Source: Clostridia bacterium (GTDB lineage Bacteria > Bacillota > Clostridia > UBA1212 > UBA1255). Taken from it: 54,444 bases of DNA. Position 1 is the first letter of the stretch, and the number at the start of each line of letters is the position of its first letter. The stretch covers positions 1 to 54,444 of the forward strand of contig JAFWQX010000106.1 of NCBI GenBank assembly GCA_017508875.1. The letters run 5' to 3'. The notes beneath the pieces are model-generated. The model saw only the letters and a list, made by a program, of their open reading frames with translations. It was not told the origin of the DNA and did no database searches. The position numbers and the translations under genes are program-made. Shown piece after piece: positions 39,387 to 48,302 of this stretch.

Positions 39387-39871
39387 AACAGCATCACCTG
39401 TCTGTCATCGGTCTGTTTGTTTTCAAACATTATACCGTCTTCTTTATATTTTTTGAGCACGAAGTGTGTGGCTGTGCTTACGACAGCTTCCATCGGGGCA
39501 AGTTTTTCTGCCACGAACAGTGCGACTTCGTTCAGGTTTTTGCCTTCGATCTGGAGGGCAAGGTCGTACGTTCCGGACATCAGATATACGCTTTTTACCT
39601 GGTCGTATTGGTAGAAGCGTTCGGCGATCTGGTCGAATCCGCGCCCGAACTGCGGTGTGACTTTCAGTTCTATGAGTGCGGTGACAAGTTCTTTGGACGT
39701 CTTGCGCCAGTTTATCATTACTTTTTTTCCGACAATTATGCCTTCTGCTTTGAAGCGTTCGATCTTCTGACTGACTTCCTCTTCCGTTATGCCGAGCATG
39801 ACGGCAATGTCTTTTGCGCTGAGTTCGCTGTCTTTATCCAAAAGTTCGAGAATTTCGTTGTCCATCGTCAT
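39383..39871 (-). CDS. Lrp/AsnC family regulator (YugG/AlaR-like)
   Basis: N-terminal HTH, VYLMSGTYDL, STATHFVLKKYK; coupled to the aminotransferase. Start may be the second ATG (39865). Confidence 0.93.
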   Translation of the reverse strand: MTMDNEILELLDKDSELSAKDIAVMLGITEEEVSQKIERFKAEGIIVGKKVMINWRKTSKELVTALIELKVTPQFGRGFDQIAERFYQYDQVKSVYLMSGTYDLALQIEGKNLNEVALFVAEKLAPMEAVVSTATHFVLKKYKEDGIMFENKQTDDRQVMLF

Positions 39872-40073
39872 TAACTCCTGAAAGATTTTTATATGCGGAT
39901 CTGAGTGCGGTCAACGCAGGTCTGCCCGGATCCGTTCCTGTATTGTAATTTTAACATATTAAGGACGTTTTGTCACTTTATTATTTACTAACGACAGCAA
40001 TGTATGTTAAAATCGCTGCGCTGTTTCAGAGCGGACAATATCAGCGCTGCATTTTTTGAGCCGGAGGTCAATT

Positions 40074-41630
40074 ATGAAGAAAAAAGTGATCAATATCGTT
40101 AATTTCGTGAGGGGCGTTGAGCCGCGTGAACCGGAGAAGGATCTTCTTCTGCCCGTGATCGAAGAACTGAAAGTGAACAGGAGATACGGTCTGAAAAGTA
40201 CCGTCCTTCTTCAGTATGATGCGCTTTTGAGAGATGATATAGTGTCCGTTTTCAGTGACGGTGCGCCGGACGTGGAGTTGGGCCTGTGGTTTGAGATGAA
40301 CAGGCCTCTTACCGAGGCGGTCGGGATAGAGTGGCGCGGCAGGCCGGGCTACGACTGGGACTGGTACGTGAATCCCGGGTTTTTACCTGCTTATACTCAA
40401 GCGCAGCGAAAGCGGCTGATCGACGAGGCGTTTTACAAATTCAAAGAGATATTCGGATCATTGCCCAAAACTGCCGGTTCGTGGCTGCTGGATGCGTACT
40501 CGATGGAGTATATGAGCGGGAAATACGGCATTGACGCTATGTGCATATGCAGAGAACAGTTTGCGGTCGATGCGTATACGCTCTGGGGAGGCTATTATAC
40601 CGGCGGATATTATCCGTCAAGAAATAACGCTTTATGCCCGGCATCGAGTAAAGCAAATCAGATTGACACGCCTGTGTTCAGAATGCTCGGGCTCGATCCG
40701 ATATACGGTTACGACGAGGCCAAGTATCCGACGGGAGTCTGGGGCTGCAATACGATGGAGCCGGTATGGACTTCTGGTTCCGACAGGCGGATAATGGAAT
40801 GGTATATGGACGTTTATTTTAATTCGCCCTGTCTTTCGTACGCATATGCGACTACCGGGCAGGAGAACAGCTTCGGCTGGCCTGCTATATGTAAAGGTTA
40901 TGAACTTCAGGCGGAATTGATCGCGAAATTGGCCGCGGAAGGAAAAGTTTCGTGCGAAACGCTCGGGGAGACAGGCAGACAGTTCAAAGCGGCGTACAGC
41001 AGTACTCCGTGCAATGCATTGACCGCGCTTTCGGATCGCACGGACAACGGCATTAAGGCGGTTTGGTATGATTCTCCGAATTACAGAGCGGGGCTCGTGC
41101 TTGAACCGGGCGGCGGGCTGTATCTTAGGGATCTTAATATGTATAATGACGAATATAAGGAACGCTATCTCGAAGAACCTTGCCTTACGTGGGACGCGAG
41201 ATATGACGATCTGCCCGTCGTTGACAACAGGCTCTGGTCCGGCGGGGGAGTGGAATCCGCTATGGTTATTTCGAATGCTGTCAATGCAGATAGCTTTACG
41301 GTTTCCGAGAGCGGCGACGATACTCTTTGCGTTCGCTTTGCCGCCGGGCAGTCTGCGGCAAAGGCCGATGAGCCCTGTTCTCTTATTTTCAGACCTGATG
41401 GAATAGAAGTCATTTGCATTGACCGGATCAAATACATGCCGGGAAAACCGGAAGCGGGGCAGAAAATTGAATTTGATAAGGAAGCTGGACTTTTCCGCCT
41501 CGAACATTGCGGATTCGGTTACTCCTTCAGAGTAAGCGGCGCTGACGTGGCAGCAATACGGGATCGGGAAGAGCTGTATTACGAGCTCTCCCGCAGAGCA
41601 AACGAAAATATCACCGTTTGCTTAAAATAA
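40074..41630 (+). CDS. Uncharacterised protein, possibly glycoside hydrolase/deacetylase barrel fold
   Basis: GGAGGT before ATG; aromatic/acidic motifs TVLLQYDAL, ELGLWFE, FKEIFG.LP.TAGSW, YTLWGGYY..YYPS, GQENSFGW. Confidence 0.6.
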   Translation: MKKKVINIVNFVRGVEPREPEKDLLLPVIEELKVNRRYGLKSTVLLQYDALLRDDIVSVFSDGAPDVELGLWFEMNRPLTEAVGIEWRGRPGYDWDWYVNPGFLPAYTQAQRKRLIDEAFYKFKEIFGSLPKTAGSWLLDAYSMEYMSGKYGIDAMCICREQFAVDAYTLWGGYYTGGYYPSRNNALCPASSKANQIDTPVFRMLGLDPIYGYDEAKYPTGVWGCNTMEPVWTSGSDRRIMEWYMDVYFNSPCLSYAYATTGQENSFGWPAICKGYELQAELIAKLAAEGKVSCETLGETGRQFKAAYSSTPCNALTALSDRTDNGIKAVWYDSPNYRAGLVLEPGGGLYLRDLNMYNDEYKERYLEEPCLTWDARYDDLPVVDNRLWSGGGVESAMVISNAVNADSFTVSESGDDTLCVRFAAGQSAAKADEPCSLIFRPDGIEVICIDRIKYMPGKPEAGQKIEFDKEAGLFRLEHCGFGYSFRVSGADVAAIRDREELYYELSRRANENITVCLK

Positions 41631-41640
41631 AACGGTCTGA

Positions 41641-41704
41641 GAAGAATTAAAAGCGAAAAATCAATGAGAATCGATAAAAAACGATAAAAATCAGCAAAAA
41701 TCAA
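41641..41704. repeat. Degenerate 10-bp-period A-tract repeat between convergent genes
   Basis: aagcgaaaaa tcaatgagaa tcgataaaaa acgataaaaa tcagcaaaaa tcaa. Confidence 0.7.
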
Positions 41705-42393
41705 TCATCCTCTGATTCTGATCGCGGCGCAGGTTCTTCGCCGTTTTCTTCAGCCAAAGGATCTTTTTTCTTTTTACGGCGCCCGAAAATATGGATCCTT
41801 GACCAGAAATAGATTATCGTCTGACCGGGAATCCCGAGAATGAGTATGTACCATACTGAAATGTTAAACATCTGAAATATGATGCAGATCGCCAGCAGCA
41901 CCGACCACATCAGCAGGGAAATTATCAGGAAATTCTTTCTGCGCTTGAACCATATTGAATTTAATACGAGCCACAAAATGAACGTAGCAGGAAGTGCGGC
42001 AACAAAACAAAGCAGATTCTTTAACGAAGGAGCAGATGCATGCAGTATAACAAAGACGGTCGCGGCGATGAGCCAGATAAGCACTACTAAGATCGCCAGA
42101 ATAAATTTGCGGTTCGATATACGCCGCCTCAAACGGCTGAACCCGCCGTCTGTTTTTGAAAAGAAACTGCGGTGTTCCTTTGTAAAAAGATAATCCACGG
42201 AAACGCCGAACATATCAGCGATCTGCTTTAAAACTATAGCGTCGGGGATGGATTCGCCGCGTTCCCATTTAGAAACAGCCTTATCGGTATAGTTAAGTTT
42301 TTCGGCAAGCTCCGCCTGCGTCATTCCTTTGGAGCGGCGCAGATGCGATATATTGTTTGAGATAATTTGCTTATATTCTTCCATATTTATCAA
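41701..42393 (-). CDS. XRE-family HTH regulator with about four C-terminal transmembrane helices
   Basis: LRRSKGMTQAELAEKLNYTDKAVSKWERGESIPD...FGVSVDYL followed by hydrophobic segments. Confidence 0.92.
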   Translation of the reverse strand: MINMEEYKQIISNNISHLRRSKGMTQAELAEKLNYTDKAVSKWERGESIPDAIVLKQIADMFGVSVDYLFTKEHRSFFSKTDGGFSRLRRRISNRKFILAILVVLIWLIAATVFVILHASAPSLKNLLCFVAALPATFILWLVLNSIWFKRRKNFLIISLLMWSVLLAICIIFQMFNISVWYILILGIPGQTIIYFWSRIHIFGRRKKKKDPLAEENGEEPAPRSESEDD

Positions 42394-42450
42394 ACGGCTC
42401 CAAATGATAATGATCAGATGCTCCGGGGCGGTTCAACGAACCGTATAGTT

Positions 42451-42479
42451 AGTATAGCATTAAAATGGCCTCAAATCAA
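42451..42479 (-). promoter_or_regulatory. Putative promoter of the membrane XRE gene
   Basis: - strand TTGATT, 17 bp, TATACT with TGn. Confidence 0.65.
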
Positions 42480-42515
42480 GCGCTTTCTGGTACTTTTCCG
42501 ACAATTTTTTCCAAC

Positions 42516-42572
42516 TCTACTGCCGGTTTACATGCGGTAGAACAGTTCTCTACCGCCGGATTTTACGGTAGA
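42516..42572. promoter_or_regulatory. Four alternating TCTACCGC-like half-sites, candidate operator
   Basis: TCTACTGC 42516, GCGGTAGA 42534, TCTACCGC 42549, ACGGTAGA 42565. Confidence 0.65.
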
Positions 42573-42593
42573 AAAGCCGTTTCAAACAGTTTA

Positions 42594-42622
42594 TTGAATT
42601 ATTTATATATATTAACTATACT
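42594..42622 (+). promoter_or_regulatory. Putative degV-DAK2 promoter
   Basis: TTGAAT, 17 bp, TATACT. Confidence 0.65.
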
Positions 42623-42664
42623 AAAACCCGTAAAAGACTGACGTACGGTCTTACGGAGGTTGTT

Positions 42665-43534
42665 ATGAGTTCATATGTTTTGTTTACAGATCTTTCTTGT
42701 GATATTGAGCCGGAACTTTTAAAAGAATGGGACGTGGAATTCTGCTCCCTTAAGCACTACTTCACCGATGAACCTGAAAAAGAATATACAAATTTGACTT
42801 ACCCGGTAAAACAATTCTATGACGAAATGCGAAACGGCAGAGTGTCCAAGACTTCTGCTATAGATATAGGGACTTTTGTGGAGGAGTTCAGAAAAATACT
42901 TGATACGGGAAAAGATATACTCTATCTTGCGTTCTCTTCCGGACTCAGCAGCACGTACAATAATTCGGTCGTTGCCGCCGGACAGCTGGCTCCGCTATAC
43001 CCGGACAGGAAGATCCTGATCTCAGATACGCGTTCCGCCTCGGCCGGAATGGGCCTGCTGGTATACCTTACGGCAATGAAGAAACGCGAAGGCGCCACTA
43101 TGGAAGAAGCTTTTGCGTATGCCGAAGAGCAGAAATTCCACCTTTGCCACTGGTTTACCGTGAGCGATCTCGTTTACCTTAAGCGCGGAGGCAGAGTAAG
43201 CGCTGCTGCTGCTTTCTTCGGAGGCGTGCTCGGTATAAAACCTGTACTTCACATGGATGATCCCGGCCATCTGATCCCTATGATGAAAGTAAAAGGGCGA
43301 AAGAATTCTATACTTAAAATGGCGGATAAATACGGTGAACTCAGCATCGATCCCGCAGGAGGAACGGTATTCATCTCACACGGAGACTGCATTGAAGACG
43401 CGCAGATGCTTGCCGGAATACTTGCCGAGCGATATGGCGTAAAAGTACAGCTTATCACTTACGTGGGTTCGGTCATCGGGGCACATTCCGGGCCCGGTAC
43501 GCTCGCGCTGTTCTTCCTGGGCACGCAGCGCTGA
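42665..43534 (+). CDS. DegV family fatty-acid-binding protein (FakB-like)
   Basis: FTDLSCD, KTSA, FSSGLSSTYN, LVYLKRGGRVS, LGIKPVL, VIGAHSGPG. Confidence 0.95.
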   Translation: MSSYVLFTDLSCDIEPELLKEWDVEFCSLKHYFTDEPEKEYTNLTYPVKQFYDEMRNGRVSKTSAIDIGTFVEEFRKILDTGKDILYLAFSSGLSSTYNNSVVAAGQLAPLYPDRKILISDTRSASAGMGLLVYLTAMKKREGATMEEAFAYAEEQKFHLCHWFTVSDLVYLKRGGRVSAAAAFFGGVLGIKPVLHMDDPGHLIPMMKVKGRKNSILKMADKYGELSIDPAGGTVFISHGDCIEDAQMLAGILAERYGVKVQLITYVGSVIGAHSGPGTLALFFLGTQR

Positions 43535-43558
43535 CATCCGTTTTGGAGGTTAAGTTTA

Positions 43559-45304
43559 ATGAATTACAAGAGCGAAAAACTACTGAACGGCGAGATGTAC
43601 GGCTGGATGCTCAAGTGCGCGGCATGCGAGCTTAAGATCCACATTAAAGACGTAAACGATCTTAACGTTTTTCCTGTGCCTGACGGCGATACGGGGGACA
43701 ATATGTGGCGCACGATCAATGGCGGCGTTAAGGCTTTAGGTGCGTGCAAGACCGAAGGCCTCCCTGACGCGGTGATCACTTCGAGCAAAGGAATGCTTTT
43801 AGAGGCGAGGGGCAATTCTGGCGTGATCCTTTCACAATTTTTCAAAGGTATCACGGACGTATTGTCCGGAAGCGACTCTGCCGATGCGAAGAAACTGATC
43901 GTTGCCCTAAAAAGCGGAGTGAAGCACTCCTACGCGGCCGTGCTTAATCCCACTGAGGGAACTATATTGACCGTCGCGCGCGAATCCGCCGATTACGCAG
44001 AAGAAAACGTTTCTGACGATGCTCCTTTATCCGAACTGTTCAGTCAGCTTATGATCGGTATGCGCAATTCACTGATGCATACGCCGGAATTACTGCCCGT
44101 GCTGAAGCAGGCGGGAGTTATTGACAGCGGAGGAGCGGGGCTCTATTACATTGCCGCGGGTTTTTCGAGAGCGCTCAACGAGGACGTAGAGAAGACAAAG
44201 GTCCATTACGGAATTCAGGCGAATATGATTGACAGCGAACCCGAATACAGGACGCACGCGGACAACGTAAATGTTGACCTCTTTACAGCTGACGACGTTA
44301 TGAGCTACGGCTACTGCACCGAACTGCTCGTAAGACTTCAGAATACGAAAACCGATATAGCTTCGTTCGATGACGATGCCATGAGAAAGTTTCTGGCGGA
44401 AGCCGGAGATTCAGTCGTATATTTCAGGAGCGATTCGCTGCTTAAACTTCACGTACATACGCTTCATCCTGAGCGCGTGATGGATCATGTGCATAATTTC
44501 GGCGAATTTCTGAAGGTCAAAATAGAAAATATGACGCTGGAACATACGGACAACGATTCTCCCGCCGGTCTTATTGAGCTTGCCTCGGATAATCCGGTCC
44601 TGTCACCCGAGTTTGAAAAGGGCATTGCCGATAAGAAATTCTTCGGTTCCGTTGCAGTATGCGCAGGGGAAGGGTTTTCAAAAATATTCAGGGCGATGGG
44701 GTGCGACGAACTCGTTGCCGGCGGCCAGTCGCTGAATCCTTCGGCTCAGGATTTCCTGAACGCGTTTGAAAAGGTCAATGCAGAGCATATAATCGTTTTC
44801 CCGAACAATAAAAACATCGTTCTTTCGGCCCGTCAAGCCGCTGAACTTTACAGCAATGCGAAGGTTCACGTGATCGAAACTTCAAATCTCGGGCAGGGGT
44901 ACGTGGGATTATCGGCAATATATCCCGATGACAACGATATTGACGGCATTATTGCAGCAGTCAACGAAGCTGTCGCTTCCTCATGCTCCGGCGCCGTTTC
45001 TACCGCAGTGAAGAGCGGAAATTTTGACGGCATCCACGTGAACGAAGGAGATTTCATCGGATTTGTCGGAAAAAAGATCATTTCTTCGGAGCGCGAAGTC
45101 GTAAGCGCCGCGATGCTTCTGGCAGATCATCTGCTCGGATCGTCCGAAAACCGGAGCGTCATAACGTGCTTTGCCGGAAAAGATACGGCAGATTACGAAA
45201 ACGAGATGCTCGAAAAAGCGATACAAAAAAAATATCCTGACACGGAAGTCTTTATGACATCCGGAGGTCAGGACGTTTATTCATACATTTTTGTAGCCGA
45301 ATGA
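43559..45304 (+). CDS. DAK2-domain fatty acid kinase catalytic subunit (FakA/YloV-like)
   Basis: NDLNVFPVPDGDTGDNM, ARGNSGVILSQ, EGTILTV, DSGGAG, YGYCTE, KLHVHT, GGQSLNPS, PNNKNI, GGQDVY. Confidence 0.93.
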   Translation: MNYKSEKLLNGEMYGWMLKCAACELKIHIKDVNDLNVFPVPDGDTGDNMWRTINGGVKALGACKTEGLPDAVITSSKGMLLEARGNSGVILSQFFKGITDVLSGSDSADAKKLIVALKSGVKHSYAAVLNPTEGTILTVARESADYAEENVSDDAPLSELFSQLMIGMRNSLMHTPELLPVLKQAGVIDSGGAGLYYIAAGFSRALNEDVEKTKVHYGIQANMIDSEPEYRTHADNVNVDLFTADDVMSYGYCTELLVRLQNTKTDIASFDDDAMRKFLAEAGDSVVYFRSDSLLKLHVHTLHPERVMDHVHNFGEFLKVKIENMTLEHTDNDSPAGLIELASDNPVLSPEFEKGIADKKFFGSVAVCAGEGFSKIFRAMGCDELVAGGQSLNPSAQDFLNAFEKVNAEHIIVFPNNKNIVLSARQAAELYSNAKVHVIETSNLGQGYVGLSAIYPDDNDIDGIIAAVNEAVASSCSGAVSTAVKSGNFDGIHVNEGDFIGFVGKKIISSEREVVSAAMLLADHLLGSSENRSVITCFAGKDTADYENEMLEKAIQKKYPDTEVFMTSGGQDVYSYIFVAE

Positions 45305-45319
45305 ACGCGTAAAGCTGTT

Positions 45320-45877
45320 TCAGGACTCTGCATTCCCGCCCTGTGCGCCTGAACTGTTCAATTCAGTTCCGTGGCGGCAAACGAGCGACATCACGATCAT
45401 CATAATTCCAATACCGACTGACGAAAAGCCGTTTACGGATATTTTATCCACGCCCGGGAAGAATACGTTCATAACGGCGATAATGATCGAGCACACGATT
45501 GCGGTGCCCAGAGGGATCGCGACGGCCAATATTCCAAGCCGCATTAATTCTTTTGCTCCTTCAAGCGTAAAAGGAGTACCGGCTTCGAGTTCGTTTTTAA
45601 AATAGATACCGGCAAATTTAGAGAGAACTGCCTCAGCGGCGCAAATAAATACTCCGACGGTCATCGAAGCGTACAATTCAGGAAGAGGAATTCCTGCATT
45701 GTTCTCTATCAGACCGCGTACAGTAACTCCGCCGATCTTAATCAGAGTCCCGCCGGCCGCGAGGCTCACGATACCCAGGACACACAGACAGAATCCGACG
45801 ATAGAACAGATAAATACAATTTTGCTAATGATCTTTCCGATCTTCGCAAGTACCTGAATAGTTTTTAATGTTTTCAT
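45320..45877 (-). CDS. Hypothetical four-TM membrane protein (DUF2975-like)
   Basis: Four hydrophobic helices, GTPFT motif, AAAGGTGG Shine-Dalgarno. Confidence 0.7.
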   Translation of the reverse strand: MKTLKTIQVLAKIGKIISKIVFICSIVGFCLCVLGIVSLAAGGTLIKIGGVTVRGLIENNAGIPLPELYASMTVGVFICAAEAVLSKFAGIYFKNELEAGTPFTLEGAKELMRLGILAVAIPLGTAIVCSIIIAVMNVFFPGVDKISVNGFSSVGIGIMMIVMSLVCRHGTELNSSGAQGGNAES

Positions 45878-45938
45878 AAAACCACCTTTAAATCATAATT
45901 TATTTATAAAATCTTATTAACAATTATAAACTAATCTA

Positions 45939-46307
45939 TTAATCCCGGCCGTTCCGGGTAAGATTGCCCCGCGCTTCCTCATTATTCGCTATGATCGCCC
46001 CGAGCAGGGAACATGAATCCATTGACGCACAGGCACCGCAGGTCTCAACACCTTTCTCAATAGCACATTTACGTATCCCGCAAAGCTCGGAGCAGAAAAC
46101 AGTCTTTGCCCCGTCAGCACGGCAGCCCTCACAGTTTATCTGCCCGGGGGTAATAAGCACGTGATTCAGCTCGCTCCAGAGCCTCGCAGTCTTTTCCCGA
46201 AGCGCCCGGTCGTTATTCACAGTCGCAACGTAAGCATCACATTTCCTGCAATTAAGCCCGCAAAAAGCGATCGAAACATCCCAATAATTGTCATTGACCG
46301 CAGACAT
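45939..46307 (-). CDS. DUF3795-like Cys-rich small protein
   Basis: CGLNCRKC, CEGCR, CGIRKCA..KGVETCGAC...SC; GGAGGAG Shine-Dalgarno. Confidence 0.85.
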   Translation of the reverse strand: MSAVNDNYWDVSIAFCGLNCRKCDAYVATVNNDRALREKTARLWSELNHVLITPGQINCEGCRADGAKTVFCSELCGIRKCAIEKGVETCGACASMDSCSLLGAIIANNEEARGNLTRNGRD

Positions 46308-46332
46308 ACTTTTCTCCTCCCGTCAAAAAAAA

Positions 46333-47331
46333 TCAAACCAGCAGCATAATATCAGAATTCCGAAGGTTATTGTCCGAGATCATACCGTTTAGCGAAAACG
46401 CAGCGCCCTGAAGCGCACGAAGACCATCCGGCTCAGATCGCTCAGCCCCCGAAAATCCGTCCGTATTTACGGTACCGTACCTGATCGAGCACATCTCCAG
46501 GAGCCTTTCCGTAACGGAACAAATAAGCTCGCTCATCGCTCTGCCATGACGATAAACGTCAACGTTCAGAAGCTCTTCGAGCTCATCGCTTATCCCGCAC
46601 ACGGGCAATGACTTAAGCCCGCGCAGCAGCCATTTTTTATACGGGCAGAACTGATCGTTCAGAACGTACAGGCATTTTGCGGCGTCAATAACGAAATCCG
46701 TTAAAAACAGCCTCACCGCCCCGAAATCGCCCCTTTTAAGCATTCTGGGGACGTTATACCACCCGCTCTGCGAAAGGCTGAAAAACAGGCCGGAAATGCG
46801 CTTTTTCCGAATATCATCCGGCACGTTCCGCAAACCGCTGCGGATCTCCGAAAACAGGCCGTAATTATCCGAAAAAACGACGCCGTTAAGCGCCTCGCAT
46901 AAAAGCTCGTCGCGGAGCGCAGCCCAGCCCGCCGGATCGGAAGGAACGGTCCCGCCCGGAACGTAACGCGAAAAAAATTCATTGACACCGATAACACCGC
47001 GGCGCCTCTCGCCGCCGTAAGGAGCGATCATTGACCTCGAAAAACCCATAAAATCCTTAGGCAGTTTAGCGTACGCGCGCTCAAGCGCAAAAACCTGCCT
47101 CGAATCGAGCTTATCTTCCGGATAAAAAACACAAAAACCCGGCTCGAAATCGTGATCCTGCGACAGCTCGTCATCAAAGCCGTAGCACTCCGAACCGGCC
47201 CCTGCAAGCCCGAAGCAGAGCAGGGGAAACAGCTCCGGAAATTTCGAAGAAAACTCCGGAAGACCGAACGATTCATAATATTTAAAAGACAGTTCCGATC
47301 CGTTCATACTGTTAAACCGATCCTCCGGCAC
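46333..47331 (-). CDS. DUF4037-like protein with a Pol-beta-type nucleotidyltransferase motif
   Basis: GLAGAGSECYGFDDELSQDHDFEPGF, RRGV, NGVVFSD, YNVPRMLKRGD, PYKKWL; start may be ATG 47307. Confidence 0.8.
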   Translation of the reverse strand: MPEDRFNSMNGSELSFKYYESFGLPEFSSKFPELFPLLCFGLAGAGSECYGFDDELSQDHDFEPGFCVFYPEDKLDSRQVFALERAYAKLPKDFMGFSRSMIAPYGGERRRGVIGVNEFFSRYVPGGTVPSDPAGWAALRDELLCEALNGVVFSDNYGLFSEIRSGLRNVPDDIRKKRISGLFFSLSQSGWYNVPRMLKRGDFGAVRLFLTDFVIDAAKCLYVLNDQFCPYKKWLLRGLKSLPVCGISDELEELLNVDVYRHGRAMSELICSVTERLLEMCSIRYGTVNTDGFSGAERSEPDGLRALQGAAFSLNGMISDNNLRNSDIMLLV

Positions 47332-47353
47332 TCAACGCCGCTACTCCGCGCCT

Positions 47354-48274
47354 CTACTCCGCGCCGAACTGCGCATTGAGCGCCTTCGCCGCCTCGGCAA
47401 GCTCGTTCTTATAAAGAAAATAACCGTAAAACCCGAACACAGGGGCACATTTTTCACAAACAAACGCGTAATACGGATTCCGCGGTACCTCCGGGTCAAT
47501 AATAAGCCCGTAAGCCTTTTCGATCAGGCTGTCAATTTCCTCCGCAGTGCTTTCGCTCACCGGGTAGCCCGGATCGGTGCCGGAAACATCGAAGGAATCG
47601 CGACCTTCTCCGCCGGCAGCGTCAACGCTCACGGCAAGGTCGCAAAGATTCAGGTAAGTTATTGCCCGGTCGAGCGCCGTCGCGGCCCCGCCGTCCTCCT
47701 GCACACGGATCGCGGCCTCAAACGCCTCCCTCGCCTCGGAAAACCTCCCGAGCTCGTGAAGCGCCAGCCCCATGTTATTATACAGGCCGCCGAACCTCAC
47801 GTCGTCCGGCTCGAGATGCGCGCAATATATCTCCCTGCAGCGCTCATACAGACCGATCGCCCGCTCCGGCGCGCCGAACGCCTTAAAAACCGTAGCGGCG
47901 TTCAGGCATGTGGTACCGAAGAACACGGTACCGCAAAACTCATTGTCCGAACCGTATTCTTCGAGCGCCGCCTCGGCAAATTGCCGCGCCGCCGTCCCGT
48001 CGCCGCCCCGCCTGTAAAACCCCATAAGCTCATTCAGCAACGAAAGCCGGGCGGCCCTGTCCCCGGCGGCGCCAGCCTCGCCCAGCCAGTATTTCAAATG
48101 CGCCTCGGCGGCGGAATAATCCTTTGCCGCCAGCAGCCTGTCGAGCCTTCCGAGCACCCGGTCTATCTCGATTTTCGCAAAACCGCGAAAGGCACCGCCT
48201 CTGCCGCTTTCGCCGCTAAGACCGGTGCTTTCGCTGTTAATATTTTCAGGTGTTCCGAAAGATCTAAAAGGCAT
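47354..48274 (-). CDS. Tetratricopeptide-repeat protein
   Basis: LLNELMGFYRR, TTCLNAATVFKAFG, LYNNMGLALHELGRFSEA, TYLNL; C-terminal YAFVCEKCAPVFGFYGY. Confidence 0.85.
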   Translation of the reverse strand: MPFRSFGTPENINSESTGLSGESGRGGAFRGFAKIEIDRVLGRLDRLLAAKDYSAAEAHLKYWLGEAGAAGDRAARLSLLNELMGFYRRGGDGTAARQFAEAALEEYGSDNEFCGTVFFGTTCLNAATVFKAFGAPERAIGLYERCREIYCAHLEPDDVRFGGLYNNMGLALHELGRFSEAREAFEAAIRVQEDGGAATALDRAITYLNLCDLAVSVDAAGGEGRDSFDVSGTDPGYPVSESTAEEIDSLIEKAYGLIIDPEVPRNPYYAFVCEKCAPVFGFYGYFLYKNELAEAAKALNAQFGAE

Positions 48275-48302
48275 TTTTAAAAATCAGTCAGTTTATGACC
48301 TC

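Noticed and set aside
39895-39935. Hairpin CGGATC...GATCCG in the Lrp-aminotransferase leader as a riboswitch or T-box
   Set aside because: Too short, with no T-box or known aptamer motif.
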